From Hyphomicrobiales bacterium (GTDB taxonomy: Bacteria > Pseudomonadota > Alphaproteobacteria > Rhizobiales > MH13), in assembly GCA_046290415.1 (NCBI GenBank), contig JBKAGN010000001.1, positions 7,295 through 71,294 on the forward strand: a DNA stretch of 64,000 bases. Reading direction: 5' to 3'. This document shows positions 39,004-49,700 of the stretch, one piece after another. Within the stretch, counting starts at the first letter, position 1, and each line of letters begins with the position of its first letter. Position numbers and translations under genes: made by a program. The notes under the pieces are model-generated. The model was given only the letters and a program-made list of their open reading frames with translations. It had not been told where the DNA came from and searched no databases.

Positions 39004-41136
39004 CTAGCTGTGCGCAAGCACAGCAAGCAGGAGCAGCGCCACGATGTTGGTGATCTTGATCATCGGGTTCACGGCCGGACCAGCGGTATCCTTGTAAGGA
39101 TCGCCGACTGTATCGCCCGTGACCGATGCCTTGTGGGCCTCGCCGCCTTTTTCGTGCTTCACGCCGTCTTTGTCGATAAAACCGTCTTCAAAGCTCTTCT
39201 TGGCGTTATCCCATGCGCCGCCACCTGCAGTCATAGAAACAGCCACGTAGAGCCCGTTGACGATCACGCCGAGGAGCATAGCGCCAACGGCGGCAAAGGC
39301 CTGGTCCTTGCCAGCAATCGCGTTGATGAGGAAGAACACCACGATAGGCGAGAGCACCGGCAGCATCGACGGCACGATCATTTCCTTGATCGCAGCCTTG
39401 GTCAGCATGTCCACAGCGCGGGCATAATCAGGCTTAGACGTGCCTTCCATGATGCCTGGATCGGCTTTGAACTGACGGCGAACCTCTTCCACCACGGCGC
39501 CGCCGGCGCGGCCCACAGCGGTCATGGACATGCCACCGAAGAGATAAGGCAACAGACCACCGAAGAGCAGGCCAACCACGACATAGGGGTTGGATAGCGA
39601 GAAATCGACCGCCACGCCTTCGAAGAAGGAGCCCGGCGTTGCGTTGGCTGCGAAGAACTTCAGATCTTCGGTGTAGGCGGCAAACAGCACCAGAGCACCC
39701 AAGCCAGCGGACCCAATGGCGTAGCCTTTGGTGACGGCTTTGGTGGTGTTGCCCACAGCGTCTAGCGCGTCGGTCGTCTCACGCACCGAGCTTGGCAGAT
39801 CGGCCATCTCGGCGATGCCGCCCGCATTGTCGGTGACGGGTCCAAAGGCATCCAGTGCCACCACGATGCCAGCAAGGGCGAGCATGGTCGTCACCGCAAT
39901 AGCGATGCCAAACAGACCTGCAAGCAGGAAAGTGGAGATGATGCCAGCGATGATGATCAGTGCGGGTAGCGCGGTTGCTTCCAGCGAGATCGCCAGGCCC
40001 TGGATGACGTTGGTGCCGTGACCGGTGACCGATGCCTGGCTGATCGAGCGCACCGGGCGATAACCCACGCCGGTGTAATACTCGGTGACGACGATGATGC
40101 CGCCGGTGACCACAAGGCCGATGACACCGCAGAAGAAGAGATCAACACCGGTGAAGCTTGTGCCACCGGTTGTGGTGAACACCTGATCGGCGCCCAACCA
40201 GCCCCAGACGATGGCGGCAAGCGCAACGATCGACAGGATCGCTGCACCCCAGAAGCCCTTGTAGAGAGCGCCCATGATGGAGTTGTTCGAACCGAGGCGA
40301 ACGAAGAAGGTGCCGATGATCGAGGTGATGACGCAAGCGCCACCGATGACCAGCGGCAACAGCATCATCTTCTCACCCTCTGCGCCGACAAAGAAGATTG
40401 AGGCGAGCACCATCGTCGCAACAACCGTCACCGCGTAGGTTTCGAAAAGGTCAGCCGCCATACCGGCACAATCGCCGACATTGTCGCCCACATTGTCGGC
40501 GATCGTGGCAGGGTTACGGGGATCATCCTCAGGGATGCCGGCTTCAACTTTACCGACCAAGTCACCGCCAACATCGGCGCCCTTGGTGAAGATACCGCCG
40601 CCGAGACGGGCAAAGATCGAAATCAGCGAGGCGCCGAAGCCAAGGGCAACCAGCGAGTCGATGACAACGCGCGAGGTGTTCTCGTAGCCCATGGGGCCGG
40701 TTAGCAGATAGTAGTAGACGGCCACGCCAAGCAGGGCGAGGCCGGCCACCAGCATGCCAGTGACGGCACCAGACTTGAACGCGATAGAGAGGCCGGCTGC
40801 CAAGCTCTGCGAGGACGCCTGCGCCGTGCGCACATTGGCGCGCACCGACACGTGCATGCCGATGAAACCGGCAGCGGCAGACAGGACGGCGCCGATCAGA
40901 AAACCAATGGCGACTTCCATGCCGAGCAGGAAGATGACGAGAACAAAAATAACAGCGCCAACGACGGCGATGGTAAGATATTGGCGGGTCAGGTAGGCCG
41001 AAGCGCCTTCCTGAATGGCGCTTGCGATTTCTTGCATGCGCTGATTGCCCGCATCGGCGGCCATCACCGATTGTACGGCCCAGACACCGTAGACAATCGA
41101 TAGAATGCCACACGCGATGACAAAGATGAGTTCCAT
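39004..41136 (-). CDS. hppA: membrane-bound H+-translocating pyrophosphatase (K+-independent type)
   Basis: [71 protein letters not shown] and [14 protein letters not shown]. Confidence 0.97.
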   Translation of the reverse strand: MELIFVIACGILSIVYGVWAVQSVMAADAGNQRMQEIASAIQEGASAYLTRQYLTIAVVGAVIFVLVIFLLGMEVAIGFLIGAVLSAAAGFIGMHVSVRANVRTAQASSQSLAAGLSIAFKSGAVTGMLVAGLALLGVAVYYYLLTGPMGYENTSRVVIDSLVALGFGASLISIFARLGGGIFTKGADVGGDLVGKVEAGIPEDDPRNPATIADNVGDNVGDCAGMAADLFETYAVTVVATMVLASIFFVGAEGEKMMLLPLVIGGACVITSIIGTFFVRLGSNNSIMGALYKGFWGAAILSIVALAAIVWGWLGADQVFTTTGGTSFTGVDLFFCGVIGLVVTGGIIVVTEYYTGVGYRPVRSISQASVTGHGTNVIQGLAISLEATALPALIIIAGIISTFLLAGLFGIAIAVTTMLALAGIVVALDAFGPVTDNAGGIAEMADLPSSVRETTDALDAVGNTTKAVTKGYAIGSAGLGALVLFAAYTEDLKFFAANATPGSFFEGVAVDFSLSNPYVVVGLLFGGLLPYLFGGMSMTAVGRAGGAVVEEVRRQFKADPGIMEGTSKPDYARAVDMLTKAAIKEMIVPSMLPVLSPIVVFFLINAIAGKDQAFAAVGAMLLGVIVNGLYVAVSMTAGGGAWDNAKKSFEDGFIDKDGVKHEKGGEAHKASVTGDTVGDPYKDTAGPAVNPMIKITNIVALLLLAVLAHS

Positions 41137-41382
41137 GGATCGATCCCTTGAAGCGTTGCGTGCGCGATGCGCACTAACTTGGTGCGAGACTGAGGGCTTG
41201 GGGCCCGTCTCTCGTTCGTGATCTTGCTAGGCTGATGAGGGACGCTTCCACCTCGCGGGTGAGCGGGTCTGGCCGCCCCTAGCCGCGCAGGTCATGCCAA
41301 AAAGGCCAAGCCATAGCAAGCGACGGTGGCAGGTTGTCCGGCCTTCAGGCCAGGGTTTTCAACCAAAGTCTAAGATACGCGC

Positions 41383-42606
41383 TTAGGCTGGCTGCGCTGT
41401 GCGCCCGCGCCAAAGAAGAAACAGGGCGGCGAGCGCCAGCACCGGCAGCAAGATCCAATTGATCACATACCAGCCAAACAGGTGCAGAAGGCCGCCTGAG
41501 GAGAAGCTCGCAAACGCCACAAAGCCAAACAGGATGAAGTCGTTCCAGCCCTGCACCGTGTTGCGTTCTTCAGGGCGATAGCATTCGGTCAGCATCGCCG
41601 TTGCGCCAAGGAAGGCAAAGTTCCAACCCACGCCCAAAAGCACAAGCGCGATCCAGAAATGGCCAACGGAGATGCCGTTGAGCGCCACCGCCGCGCAGAC
41701 GGCCAACAAAGCGAACCCAGCCAAGATCACCCGCTCCACGCCAAACCGGGTGATCAGCGAGCCGGTGAAGAAGCTCGGCGCGAACATGCCGATCACGTGC
41801 CATTGGATGCCAAGCGCCGCCTCGCCGACCGAATGGCCGCAAGCGATCATGGCGATGGGCGCTGCCGTCATCGCCAGTGCCATCAGCGCGTAGGAGACAA
41901 TGGCGCTGAGCAAGGCTGCCTGAAAGCGCGCCTGTTTGGCGATCTCTGCCATTGGCCGGATCCGCGCTTTGCTCGCTGCGGTTTGAACGACCGGTTTTGG
42001 CAAATCGACGAAACTGACAACGGCAACGGACAAGAGCGCCAGGCCTGCCTGTCCCAGAAACGCGCCGGCAAAGAGAATCGGATCGAAAAAGTCGTTCATC
42101 GCGATGACGACTTGGGGGCCGATCAAGCCGGAGGCGACGCCGCCAGCCAAAACCCAGGAAATCGCCTTTGGGCGAAAGGCAGGCGATGCGGTATCGGCGG
42201 CCGCGAACCGGTAGGAATGCACAACCGCACCGAACATACCTGCCATGAACGTGCCCAGGCACAACATCCAAAAGGCTCCGGAGAGCACGCCCTGCATGGA
42301 CACCAATCCGGCCAGAACGCCAAACGAAGCAGCCGCCCAAAAGACAGGCCGACGCCCGACGCGACCCATCAGCTTTTGCGCTGGTAGCGTGCAAAACGCG
42401 GTGCCGAGAATAAAAAGCGATACGGGGATGGTCGCAAAAGCTGCCTGCTCGGTGGGCAGCACATAGCCGCCGGCAAGCCCGGCGGTCGCAATTACGATGG
42501 AGGCGTTGGCCCCACCCAAAGCCTGACCAATGGCAAGAACCAGCGCGTTGCGTTTGGCACGCGCATCATCATGGGTTTCAATCGGATCGATGGAAGCAAC
42601 AGTCAT
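41383..42606 (-). CDS. MFS transporter
   Basis: About 12 hydrophobic segments; GRRP loop, YRFAAAD, HVIGMFAPSFFTG.LI.RFG and GVGWNF.FLGAT. Start chosen at MTVAS (42606). Confidence 0.9.
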   Translation of the reverse strand: MTVASIDPIETHDDARAKRNALVLAIGQALGGANASIVIATAGLAGGYVLPTEQAAFATIPVSLFILGTAFCTLPAQKLMGRVGRRPVFWAAASFGVLAGLVSMQGVLSGAFWMLCLGTFMAGMFGAVVHSYRFAAADTASPAFRPKAISWVLAGGVASGLIGPQVVIAMNDFFDPILFAGAFLGQAGLALLSVAVVSFVDLPKPVVQTAASKARIRPMAEIAKQARFQAALLSAIVSYALMALAMTAAPIAMIACGHSVGEAALGIQWHVIGMFAPSFFTGSLITRFGVERVILAGFALLAVCAAVALNGISVGHFWIALVLLGVGWNFAFLGATAMLTECYRPEERNTVQGWNDFILFGFVAFASFSSGGLLHLFGWYVINWILLPVLALAALFLLWRGRTAQPA

Positions 42607-42699
42607 GGACAGGGTATCGCGCGGCAATCGCCAAACGTCCATGTGGAAAACGCTTACGACGGGTCCCTGCCCGTTCGATCCACGAAGGCAAATCGTCGC

Positions 42700-43188
42700 T
42701 TAGGTGCGGAACCGTTTCACCAAAGCGTTGAGCACACCGTTTGTCAGGCGAACTTCCTGCTCATCGTAGAACGCCTTGGCGATATCAATATACTCGTTGA
42801 GGACGACAGGCGCGGGAATATCCTGCCGTTTCATGATCTCAAAGGCCGCCGTGCGCAAAAGCGCCCGCAGCAACGTATCAAGACGCGTCAAAGGCCAGCC
42901 ATCTGGCAGTGCGGCATGAATGGCCGGATCAAGAATTTTTTGCGCATCGACTACACCGGTCACCAGGTGGCGAAAATAGCCTTTGTCTGCAGGTCGATAG
43001 GCCCAGCCATCCACCTCTTCGCCCAAGCGAAAAAGCTCAAACTCCGCTAAGGCTTGCGGCATGGTCGTCCCACCGACATCCATTTGATAGAGCGCCTGCA
43101 CAGCGATCAAGCGCGCAACACCACGGGCATTGGCTGGTTTCGGCGCTGCGCCTTTTGGCGTAGAATTTGGGCGCACCGTTGCGGCCAT
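42700..43188 (-). CDS. nusB: transcription antitermination factor NusB
   Basis: AR..AVQALYQMD, W...RLD..LRA.LR, VV.NEY.D.AK.FY, NGVL. Confidence 0.96.
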   Translation of the reverse strand: MAATVRPNSTPKGAAPKPANARGVARLIAVQALYQMDVGGTTMPQALAEFELFRLGEEVDGWAYRPADKGYFRHLVTGVVDAQKILDPAIHAALPDGWPLTRLDTLLRALLRTAAFEIMKRQDIPAPVVLNEYIDIAKAFYDEQEVRLTNGVLNALVKRFRT

Positions 43189-43619
43189 TACTGCGTTCCC
43201 ATGGTGCGGCGCAGTTCAACGAGCGCCATGGCAGCCTTGGCCGCGCCGCCACCCTTGTTCTTGTCGGCACGGTTTGCGCGCGCCCACGCTTGGTCACGAT
43301 TCTCGACCGTTTGGATGCCGTTGCCGATAGCAAGTCCGGGATTTAGCGTCAGATCCATCAGTGCACGTGAGGATTCACCGGCCACGATGTCATAGTGCGA
43401 GGTCTCCCCGCGGATCACCACGCCAAGCGCGATGTAGCCATCATAGGCCTTGGGATTGCGATAGCCCATCATCATGGCGCCAGGGATTTCCAGCGCACCG
43501 GGTACCGAAACGCGTTCATAGGTATGCCCATCGGCCTCCAAAACCTCGATGGCGCCGGCGGCCAGTTCATCGGCCAGGTCGGTGTAGAAGCGCGCTTCAG
43601 CGATCAAAAAATGGGCCAT
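43188..43619 (-). CDS. ribH: 6,7-dimethyl-8-ribityllumazine synthase
   Basis: ARFY, VPGALEIP, ALGVVIRGETSHYD.V, GNGI.TVE..QA..RA...NKGG.AA. Confidence 0.97.
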   Translation of the reverse strand: MAHFLIAEARFYTDLADELAAGAIEVLEADGHTYERVSVPGALEIPGAMMMGYRNPKAYDGYIALGVVIRGETSHYDIVAGESSRALMDLTLNPGLAIGNGIQTVENRDQAWARANRADKNKGGGAAKAAMALVELRRTMGTQ

Positions 43620-43689
43620 GGGGTACCAACTAATTCAAGATGCGCGGTGCTTATACGCCTTTTGCTGGCAAGGGCTAGGGTCCAGACCC

Positions 43690-44295
43690 TTAATCATCGG
43701 CCCGCATCAGACGCTCGGCATAGCGCGCCATCAGGTCGATCTCGATGTTCATCGCGTCACCGACCTTTCGATCACCCCAGGTGGTCACCTCCAGCGTGTG
43801 CGGGATCAGCATCAGCGTGAATCGGTTACCTTGAACATCGTTGACCGTCAGCGAGGTTCCCTGCAGGCAAACCGAACCCTTCTTGGCAATGAATTTGGCG
43901 AGGTTTTCCGGCGCCTCGATCTCGAACAACGAAGTGTTCTGCCCATCCTCGCGGCTGGTCACTCTGGCCATGCCATCCACGTGACCGGTGACGAGATGCC
44001 CACCCATTTCATCGCCGAGTTTCAGCGAGCGTTCCAGATTGATCCGGCTGCCTTCCTGCCAGGTACTAAGAGTCGTCAGGCGCAGCGTTTCTATCGACGC
44101 ATCAATCGTGTAGCGCGCACCAGCCGCCGTTTGTTCCAACGTTGTAACCGTCAAACAGCAACCGTCATGGGCGATGGAGGCGCCAAGATCGATGGTCGCT
44201 GAATCATAGGGCGATTGGATGGTGAAGCGCTTGTCTTCGCCCATCGTTTCAACGTTCGCGACAGTGCCGATCGCAGTAACGATACCGGTGAACAT
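43690..44295 (-). CDS. ribE: riboflavin synthase alpha chain
   Basis: MFTGIV start, GASIAHDGCCLTV, INLERSL, GGHLVTGHVDG, KGSVCLQGTSLTVN, LIPHT...T. Confidence 0.97.
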   Translation of the reverse strand: MFTGIVTAIGTVANVETMGEDKRFTIQSPYDSATIDLGASIAHDGCCLTVTTLEQTAAGARYTIDASIETLRLTTLSTWQEGSRINLERSLKLGDEMGGHLVTGHVDGMARVTSREDGQNTSLFEIEAPENLAKFIAKKGSVCLQGTSLTVNDVQGNRFTLMLIPHTLEVTTWGDRKVGDAMNIEIDLMARYAERLMRADD

Positions 44296-44299
44296 GAAA

Positions 44300-45310
44300 T
44301 CAGGCCTTTCCCGATGGTACGAACGTGACAATCTGATCAGGGCCGCTCTGGCGACGACCCGCAGCCGAAAACCCTGGCAAGCCAGCCAAAAAAGGATCAC
44401 GAGCAAAGGGGCGCATGGACGCAGGACCCAAGACCGGCTGGCCTTTGATCAAAAGAACCTCATCGACCAGACCATCTTGCAGAAAACTCTTGGCCAGCTT
44501 GCCACCGCCTTCAACCAGCAAGCTTGTGATGCCACGTGCGGCCAAGTTGCCGAGGCCATTTGCTAAATCATGGCCAGGCAAGTGAATCCAATTCTCCGGG
44601 GCCTTTGCTCCGCCAAAAAGGACCCTATGCGGCGACCTGTTTGAAAGCCCAGGCAGGCGTACAGTGAGCTTGGGTGCATCGGCCTGGTAGGTACCTGCGC
44701 CGACACCGATCGCGTCCATGCGCGCCCGCAGACCATGCATCAGGCGGTTTGTTTGGGCAGACGTGATGGCCATCTGCCCTTCGCCTTCTCGGCCGATGGC
44801 ACCATCGGCACTCAACGCCAGTTTTAGCGTGACATGCGGACGGTTTTTAGCGAGACGCGTGATATGGCCGCGATGGGCGTGCGTGGCAGCTTTCTTAATG
44901 TCCGCAAAAGGCTCAAAAGCGACATCAATGCCCGCGTCGCCAAGCCTGGTGACGCCCGACCCCGACACGCGCGGATCAGGGTCGCCGAGCGCAACAACCA
45001 CGCGCGCGACGCCTGCCTTGATCAAGGCTTCCGTGCAAGGACCGGTTTTGCCGTGATGATTGCAGGGTTCCAGCGAAACATAGGCGGTTGCGCCTTCGGC
45101 TGCGGGTCCGGCTTCATCGAGCGCCGCAGTCTCGCCGTGCGGGCGTCCGCCCTGCCCGGTAGCGCCTGCGGCGACAACGACGCCGTCGCGGACTATCAAA
45201 CATCCAACGGCTGGGTTCGGCCAGGTGCGGCCAAGCTCGGCCTGACCGAGGCGCAGTGCAGCAGCCAAGAAACGGCGATCAGTTTCCGACGACATCGCTA
45301 GCGCTGTCAC
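44300..45310 (-). CDS. ribD: riboflavin biosynthesis deaminase/reductase RibD
   Basis: [26 protein letters not shown] (Zn site), LKLALSADG and LLVEGG. GTG start overlaps the nrdR TGA. Confidence 0.95.
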   Translation of the reverse strand: MTALAMSSETDRRFLAAALRLGQAELGRTWPNPAVGCLIVRDGVVVAAGATGQGGRPHGETAALDEAGPAAEGATAYVSLEPCNHHGKTGPCTEALIKAGVARVVVALGDPDPRVSGSGVTRLGDAGIDVAFEPFADIKKAATHAHRGHITRLAKNRPHVTLKLALSADGAIGREGEGQMAITSAQTNRLMHGLRARMDAIGVGAGTYQADAPKLTVRLPGLSNRSPHRVLFGGAKAPENWIHLPGHDLANGLGNLAARGITSLLVEGGGKLAKSFLQDGLVDEVLLIKGQPVLGPASMRPFARDPFLAGLPGFSAAGRRQSGPDQIVTFVPSGKA

Positions 45311-45795
45311 TCAGACGGGTCGGTCTGCTTAGGGGTGACGCCTGAGGAACTGGCAAGCTCTTCGACGAACTCTTCAAAGTCGCGGGCTTCGCGGAAATCT
45401 TTGTACACGGAGGCAAAACGCACATAGGCAACATCATCGAGGCCCTTCAACGCATCCATGACCAAGAGGCCGATCTGGTCAGACTGCACGTCGGTTTCGC
45501 CGGTGCTTTCCAGCTGGCGCACGATGCCTGAGACGAGGCGCTCCAACTGTTCTTCAGCAAGCGGCCGTTTGCGCGCAGCAATACTGACCGAGCGCAAAAG
45601 CTTATCGCGATCAAAGGTTTGGCGCTTGCCGTCGCGCTTGACGACTGTCAACTCGCGAAGCTGGACGCGTTCAAAGGTCGTGAAGCGCCCACCGCAATCG
45701 CCACAGACACGGCGGCGCCGAATAACGGCATTGTCTTCGGCGGGCCGCGAGTCTTTAACGTGTGTGTTCAGGCTTTGGCAGAAAGGACAGCGCAT
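45307..45795 (-). CDS. nrdR: transcriptional repressor NrdR
   Basis: MRCPFC...V.DSR, IRRRR.C..C..RFTTFE, an ATP cone and [12 protein letters not shown]. Confidence 0.98.
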   Translation of the reverse strand: MRCPFCQSLNTHVKDSRPAEDNAVIRRRRVCGDCGGRFTTFERVQLRELTVVKRDGKRQTFDRDKLLRSVSIAARKRPLAEEQLERLVSGIVRQLESTGETDVQSDQIGLLVMDALKGLDDVAYVRFASVYKDFREARDFEEFVEELASSSGVTPKQTDPSE

Positions 45796-45813
45796 GGAGC
45801 GGTTGGCTTTGAT

Positions 45814-47127
45814 CTAGCCGAGATCGGGATAGATCGGGAACCGATCCGTCAGCGCAACGACTTTCTCATGTACGGCCTTCTCGACGAGCGAGTCTTCGTC
45901 TGTCTCGTTCTGGGAGAGAACGTCGAGCACCTCGGCGATCAAATGGCCAACCTGCTGGAACTCGGCGACACCAAAGCCGCGCGTAGTGCATGCTGGCGAG
46001 CCAAGGCGCACACCGGACGTGACGAATGGTTTTTGCGGATCGAACGGCACACCGTTTTTGTTGCAGGTGATGCCTGCGCGTTCCAACGCCTTTTCCGAGA
46101 CCTTCCCGGTCAGGTTTTTCGGGCGAAGATCGACCAGAACGATATGATTCTCAGTACCACCGGAGACAATGTCATAGCCGTGGTTCTTCAGCGTTTCGGA
46201 CAGCGCCACCGCGTTTTCGACGACATTCTTGGCGTAAATCTTGAATTCCGGGCGTAGCGCTTCACCAAAGGCAACCGCCTTGGCAGCAATCACGTGCATC
46301 AGCGGCCCGCCTTGCAGCCCGGGAAAGACGGCTGAGTTCAGTTTCTTGGCGATGTCCCCATCATTGGTGAGGATCATACCGCCGCGCGGGCCGCGAAGCG
46401 TCTTGTGCGTCGTCGTCGTTGCCATGTGGGCGTGTGGAAACGGGCTGGGGTGCTGTCCACCGGCAACGAGGCCGGCAAAATGCGCCATGTCAACAAGCAA
46501 GATCGCGCCAACAGAATCGGCAATCGCGCGGAAGCGGGCAAAATCAAACTGGCGCGAATAGGCCGATCCACCGGCGATAATGATCGTCGGTTTGTGTTCA
46601 TGTGCGAGCTGCTCGACCTGATCATAGTCAAGTAGGCCGTCTTCCTTGCGCACGCCATATTGGACGGCATTGAACCACTTGCCTGAAAGATTTGGAGCCG
46701 CGCCATGGGTCAGGTGGCCACCGGCATCCAGGCTCATGCCGAGGACTGTGTCGCCTGGCTTGGCGAGCGCCAGCATCACAGCCTGGTTGGCCTGACTGCC
46801 GGAATTCGGCTGGACATTGGAAAACTCGCAATCGAACAGTTTGCAAGCCCGTTCAATCGCCAATTTCTCCGCAATATCAACGAAGTGGCAGCCGCCATAG
46901 TAGCGGCGGCCGGGATACCCTTCGGCGTATTTGTTGGTCATCACCGAGCCCTGCGCTTCCATCACGGCGCGGCTGACGATGTTCTCCGAGGCGATGAGCT
47001 CGATCTCATGCTGCTGACGACCGAGTTCGCCCTTGATGGCAGCAGCCAATTCCGGATCGGTCGTCGCAAGTTCATCGGAAAAGAAGGTCGGGTACAACGC
47101 ATCGGCGTCGTGTTCGGTCATAGCCAT
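45814..47127 (-). CDS. glyA: serine hydroxymethyltransferase
   Basis: [64 protein letters not shown]. Start moved to ATG 47127. Confidence 0.98.
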   Translation of the reverse strand: MAMTEHDADALYPTFFSDELATTDPELAAAIKGELGRQQHEIELIASENIVSRAVMEAQGSVMTNKYAEGYPGRRYYGGCHFVDIAEKLAIERACKLFDCEFSNVQPNSGSQANQAVMLALAKPGDTVLGMSLDAGGHLTHGAAPNLSGKWFNAVQYGVRKEDGLLDYDQVEQLAHEHKPTIIIAGGSAYSRQFDFARFRAIADSVGAILLVDMAHFAGLVAGGQHPSPFPHAHMATTTTHKTLRGPRGGMILTNDGDIAKKLNSAVFPGLQGGPLMHVIAAKAVAFGEALRPEFKIYAKNVVENAVALSETLKNHGYDIVSGGTENHIVLVDLRPKNLTGKVSEKALERAGITCNKNGVPFDPQKPFVTSGVRLGSPACTTRGFGVAEFQQVGHLIAEVLDVLSQNETDEDSLVEKAVHEKVVALTDRFPIYPDLG

Positions 47128-47286
47128 GGATGAAGGCCCCCTGGTGATGGATCGGCGCGCATCTGCCACGCGCAAGGTTCTGGCAGTCGGCAGGCGAGGT
47201 GAGCGGTTAACACATTGGACGGCCCTGTCCAACACACCAATCGGTGCGCGAAATGCACACACCTCTGCGCTTTGGCCAAGTAGCGT

Positions 47287-47526
47287 TCAGACGAGCTTGC
47301 CGCGCGGCGTGCGTTGGGTCGGTTTGGAAGTTGAAGCGGAGCCGCCCGCGCCGCGTTCGCGGGCTATGCGAGCGTCAAGCTTCCGCCGCGCCAGTTCATT
47401 GATGCGCTCGCGCGCGGTGTAGCTTGGCGCGGCGAATACGACCTCCAACCCAGTGACCGGATCGATCGCCGTAACACGCAAAGCTTTGTCGACAGGCATG
47501 ATTTCGAGATAAATCTCGCCTGTCAT
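47287..47526 (-). CDS. small conserved protein (DUF6898-like)
   Basis: EIYLE......RVTAIDPVTGLEVV..P.......LA.RKL; 79 aa; I recognise it as a common glyA neighbour in alphaproteobacteria. Confidence 0.7.
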   Translation of the reverse strand: MTGEIYLEIMPVDKALRVTAIDPVTGLEVVFAAPSYTARERINELARRKLDARIARERGAGGSASTSKPTQRTPRGKLV

Positions 47527-47538
47527 GCTCCCTATCGC

Positions 47539-48828
47539 CTAGCCGTTGGACGCGACTGTCGGCAGGCCGTCGCGATTGTAGATGTCTTCGCGGAAGTTCA
47601 CCGTGCCATCAGATGCGGCCCAAGCCGTGACGTAGTTGATGTAAAGCGGCGCCGGGTCCGGGATGCGCAGATCAACGCGTTCGCCGGTCGCGATTACCTG
47701 ATCGATCCGCTGGCGCGACCATCCCTCCGTGCCGGCAAGCAGCCACGTGACGAGTTCGCGAATGTTTTGCACGCGCACACAACCCGACGACAGGAAACGG
47801 TAATCATCGCCAAACAGGGATTTATCGGGCGTATCGTGCAGATAGACCTGATGCTCGTTGTGGAAGTTGATCTTCACGGAGCCCAGCGAATTGATCTCGC
47901 CGGGGTCCTGGCGGAACATGTACTGCGTGGCTTCCTCGGTGTTCCAATTGACCTGTTCAGGCGCAAGCTCCTGCGCGCTGGCGCCCCAATTGGAGAAGAT
48001 GCGAATATTGTTTTCCGAAAGATATTGCGGGTTTTCCTGCATCAACGGAATGAGATCGCGGCGAATAATGGAAACCGGTACCGTCCAATAGGGATTGAAG
48101 TTCAACTCGTGGATGCGGCTATCGAGGATGGGTGTCGGACGATCGACCTTGCCGACAATGGCGGTGTGGCGCGTCGTCACACGGCCTGAGTTGATGGCCT
48201 CCAGCGCTGCAGCGGGAATGTTGACCATCACATAGCGATCGCCAAGAAAGCCCGACATGGAGCGGATGCGCACCAGATTGGTTTCCATCTGGCGCAGCCG
48301 CATGCCGATTGGCACGTTCATCGCTGCAAAGCCTTCCGGCCCCATAACGCCATCGACCACCAGGCCATGACGGGCCTGGAAACGGCGCACGGCCGAATCG
48401 ACATAGCTGTCGAACACGTCCGAAATGCCCCACTGCTGGGCAAGGTCACCGCCGATAATCAGACGCTGACGCAAGGCCTGAACGTTTGGGTGGCGCACGC
48501 CCAGACGCAGCGTTGCGTCTGCGGGAACCTGCGTCCAACCGCCGCGGCTCATCATGTCCGAATGTTGGCGCAGCGCGGTTTCCAGGTTCACAGCACTGGC
48601 TGGCGAGAACATCGGCTCGGGCGAAATCACCGGCGCTTGGCCTTGCGCGGTGGAATCAAAGCTGTCGCCCCAACCGGAATTGTGTTGCTGCAGACGCTCG
48701 TTGAGCAAGGCATCCAGCGCCGATTGCTGGGCGTGTGCGGCGCGCATCGCGAGCGCGGAGGCGCCAAGACCAAGGCCAGCTGCCAGGATCTGTCGCCGTG
48801 TTTTAAAGTTGCTTGTTTTGCGGGTCAT
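47539..48828 (-). CDS. L,D-transpeptidase with peptidoglycan-binding domain (YcbB/LdtD/LdtP-like), Tat-exported
   Basis: Twin-arginine signal KTRRQILAAG, PG-binding AVRRFQARHGL..DG, VNIPA, FNPYW.VP and the catalytic YLHDTP...LSSGCVRV. Confidence 0.93.
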   Translation of the reverse strand: MTRKTSNFKTRRQILAAGLGLGASALAMRAAHAQQSALDALLNERLQQHNSGWGDSFDSTAQGQAPVISPEPMFSPASAVNLETALRQHSDMMSRGGWTQVPADATLRLGVRHPNVQALRQRLIIGGDLAQQWGISDVFDSYVDSAVRRFQARHGLVVDGVMGPEGFAAMNVPIGMRLRQMETNLVRIRSMSGFLGDRYVMVNIPAAALEAINSGRVTTRHTAIVGKVDRPTPILDSRIHELNFNPYWTVPVSIIRRDLIPLMQENPQYLSENNIRIFSNWGASAQELAPEQVNWNTEEATQYMFRQDPGEINSLGSVKINFHNEHQVYLHDTPDKSLFGDDYRFLSSGCVRVQNIRELVTWLLAGTEGWSRQRIDQVIATGERVDLRIPDPAPLYINYVTAWAASDGTVNFREDIYNRDGLPTVASNG

Positions 48829-49024
48829 GCATGCATCCTACAGAAGTGCGGTGTGCACGCCTAGCCTCGTTGTCGAGCGCGTGCCTTTACGATCGTATGT
48901 TGGCGTTCGTGACGCCAATGCAATGTGGCTCTTTTGTGGTTCCTCGACCCGGGGCAAATTAGCCAACGCTTTTGTGATCAGGTGCGGCAAAAACCACACA
49001 GAACCAATCCGAAAAGCGCGCACG

Positions 49025-49063
49025 AAAAACCCCGCACCATCCAGAGCGATGATGCGGGGTTTT
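49025..49063 (-). terminator. intrinsic terminator between ldtR and the L,D-transpeptidase gene
   Basis: The minus strand reads AAAACCCCGCATCATC-GCTCTG-GATGGTGCGGGG followed by TTTTT. Confidence 0.8.
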
Positions 49064-49104
49064 GGTTAGCGAAACCTTGCGCCGAGTTCGATCGGCGTTG
49101 GCGT

Positions 49105-49620
49105 TTAGAGACGATAAAGGATCTGGTCGGTCCAGAAACGCTCAAGACGATGCAGCGACTTGTTGAGCATCTTGAATTCGCCCTCGCCCAATCCGCCGAC
49201 TTTTTCGATCGACAGAAGGTGGCGCTGATAGAGATCACCAACGATCTTGGCGATCTCTTTGCCCTTATCTGTCAGGCTCACGCGCACCGAACGACGGTCC
49301 ATGCGCGAGCGCTGGTGCGAAACGAAACCGAGATCAACCAGCTTCTTCAAATTGTAGGAAACGTTCGACCCAAGATAGTAACCACGGGTGCGAAGTTCGC
49401 CGGCAGTCAGCTCAGAATCGCCGATGTTAAACAGCAGCAGCGCCTGAACGGAGTTGATGTCGGAACGACCTTGGCGGTCGAACTCATCCTTGATCACGTC
49501 AAGCAGTCGGCGGTGCAAGCGCTCTACAAGGTGCAGCGCTTCCATGTAGAGGGGCTCGATGCCCTGTTCTTCGTCCTGGTCGGCCAGATAGGTTGCCATA
49601 GCGGCACTGGTCTTGGTCAT
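49105..49620 (-). CDS. ldtR: MarR-family winged-helix regulator LdtR
   Basis: LVERLHRRLLDVIKDEFDR.GR.DINSVQALLLFNIG..ELTAGELRTRGYYLGSNVSYNLKKL...FWTDQILYRL, adjacent to the L,D-transpeptidase gene. Start at 49620. Confidence 0.88.
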   Translation of the reverse strand: MTKTSAAMATYLADQDEEQGIEPLYMEALHLVERLHRRLLDVIKDEFDRQGRSDINSVQALLLFNIGDSELTAGELRTRGYYLGSNVSYNLKKLVDLGFVSHQRSRMDRRSVRVSLTDKGKEIAKIVGDLYQRHLLSIEKVGGLGEGEFKMLNKSLHRLERFWTDQILYRL

Positions 49621-49685
49621 TGAAAAAACCTCACTGTTTTTGCCGGTTGTTTCCTCCGGTCGTGACAGCAACCTACCAGCAAGCT

Positions 49686-49700
49686 CTAAAACCCCGCTTA
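49686..49700 (-). promoter_or_regulatory. CtrA-like site upstream of ldtR
   Basis: The minus strand reads TTAA-GCGGGGT-TTAG, one mismatch from TTAA-N7-TTAA. Confidence 0.35.

Noticed and set aside
44300-45813. FMN riboswitch ahead of the rib genes
   Set aside because: ribD overlaps nrdR by 4 nt, and nrdR starts 18 bp after glyA, so there is no room for one.
45814-47262. Unusual N-terminal extensions implied by the ORF track (glyA, rplM, plsX, era, rnc, ribE, rnhA, hemB and others)
   Set aside because: These are artefacts of taking the most upstream start. Family homology begins at the downstream starts given in the feature list, so they are not novel fusions.
47128-47286. ZTP (pfl) riboswitch upstream of glyA
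   Set aside because: The expected elements (GACUGGCG, GGGGAG and a terminal CGCCUGGGCA) are absent; only the partial word CGCCTG is present.
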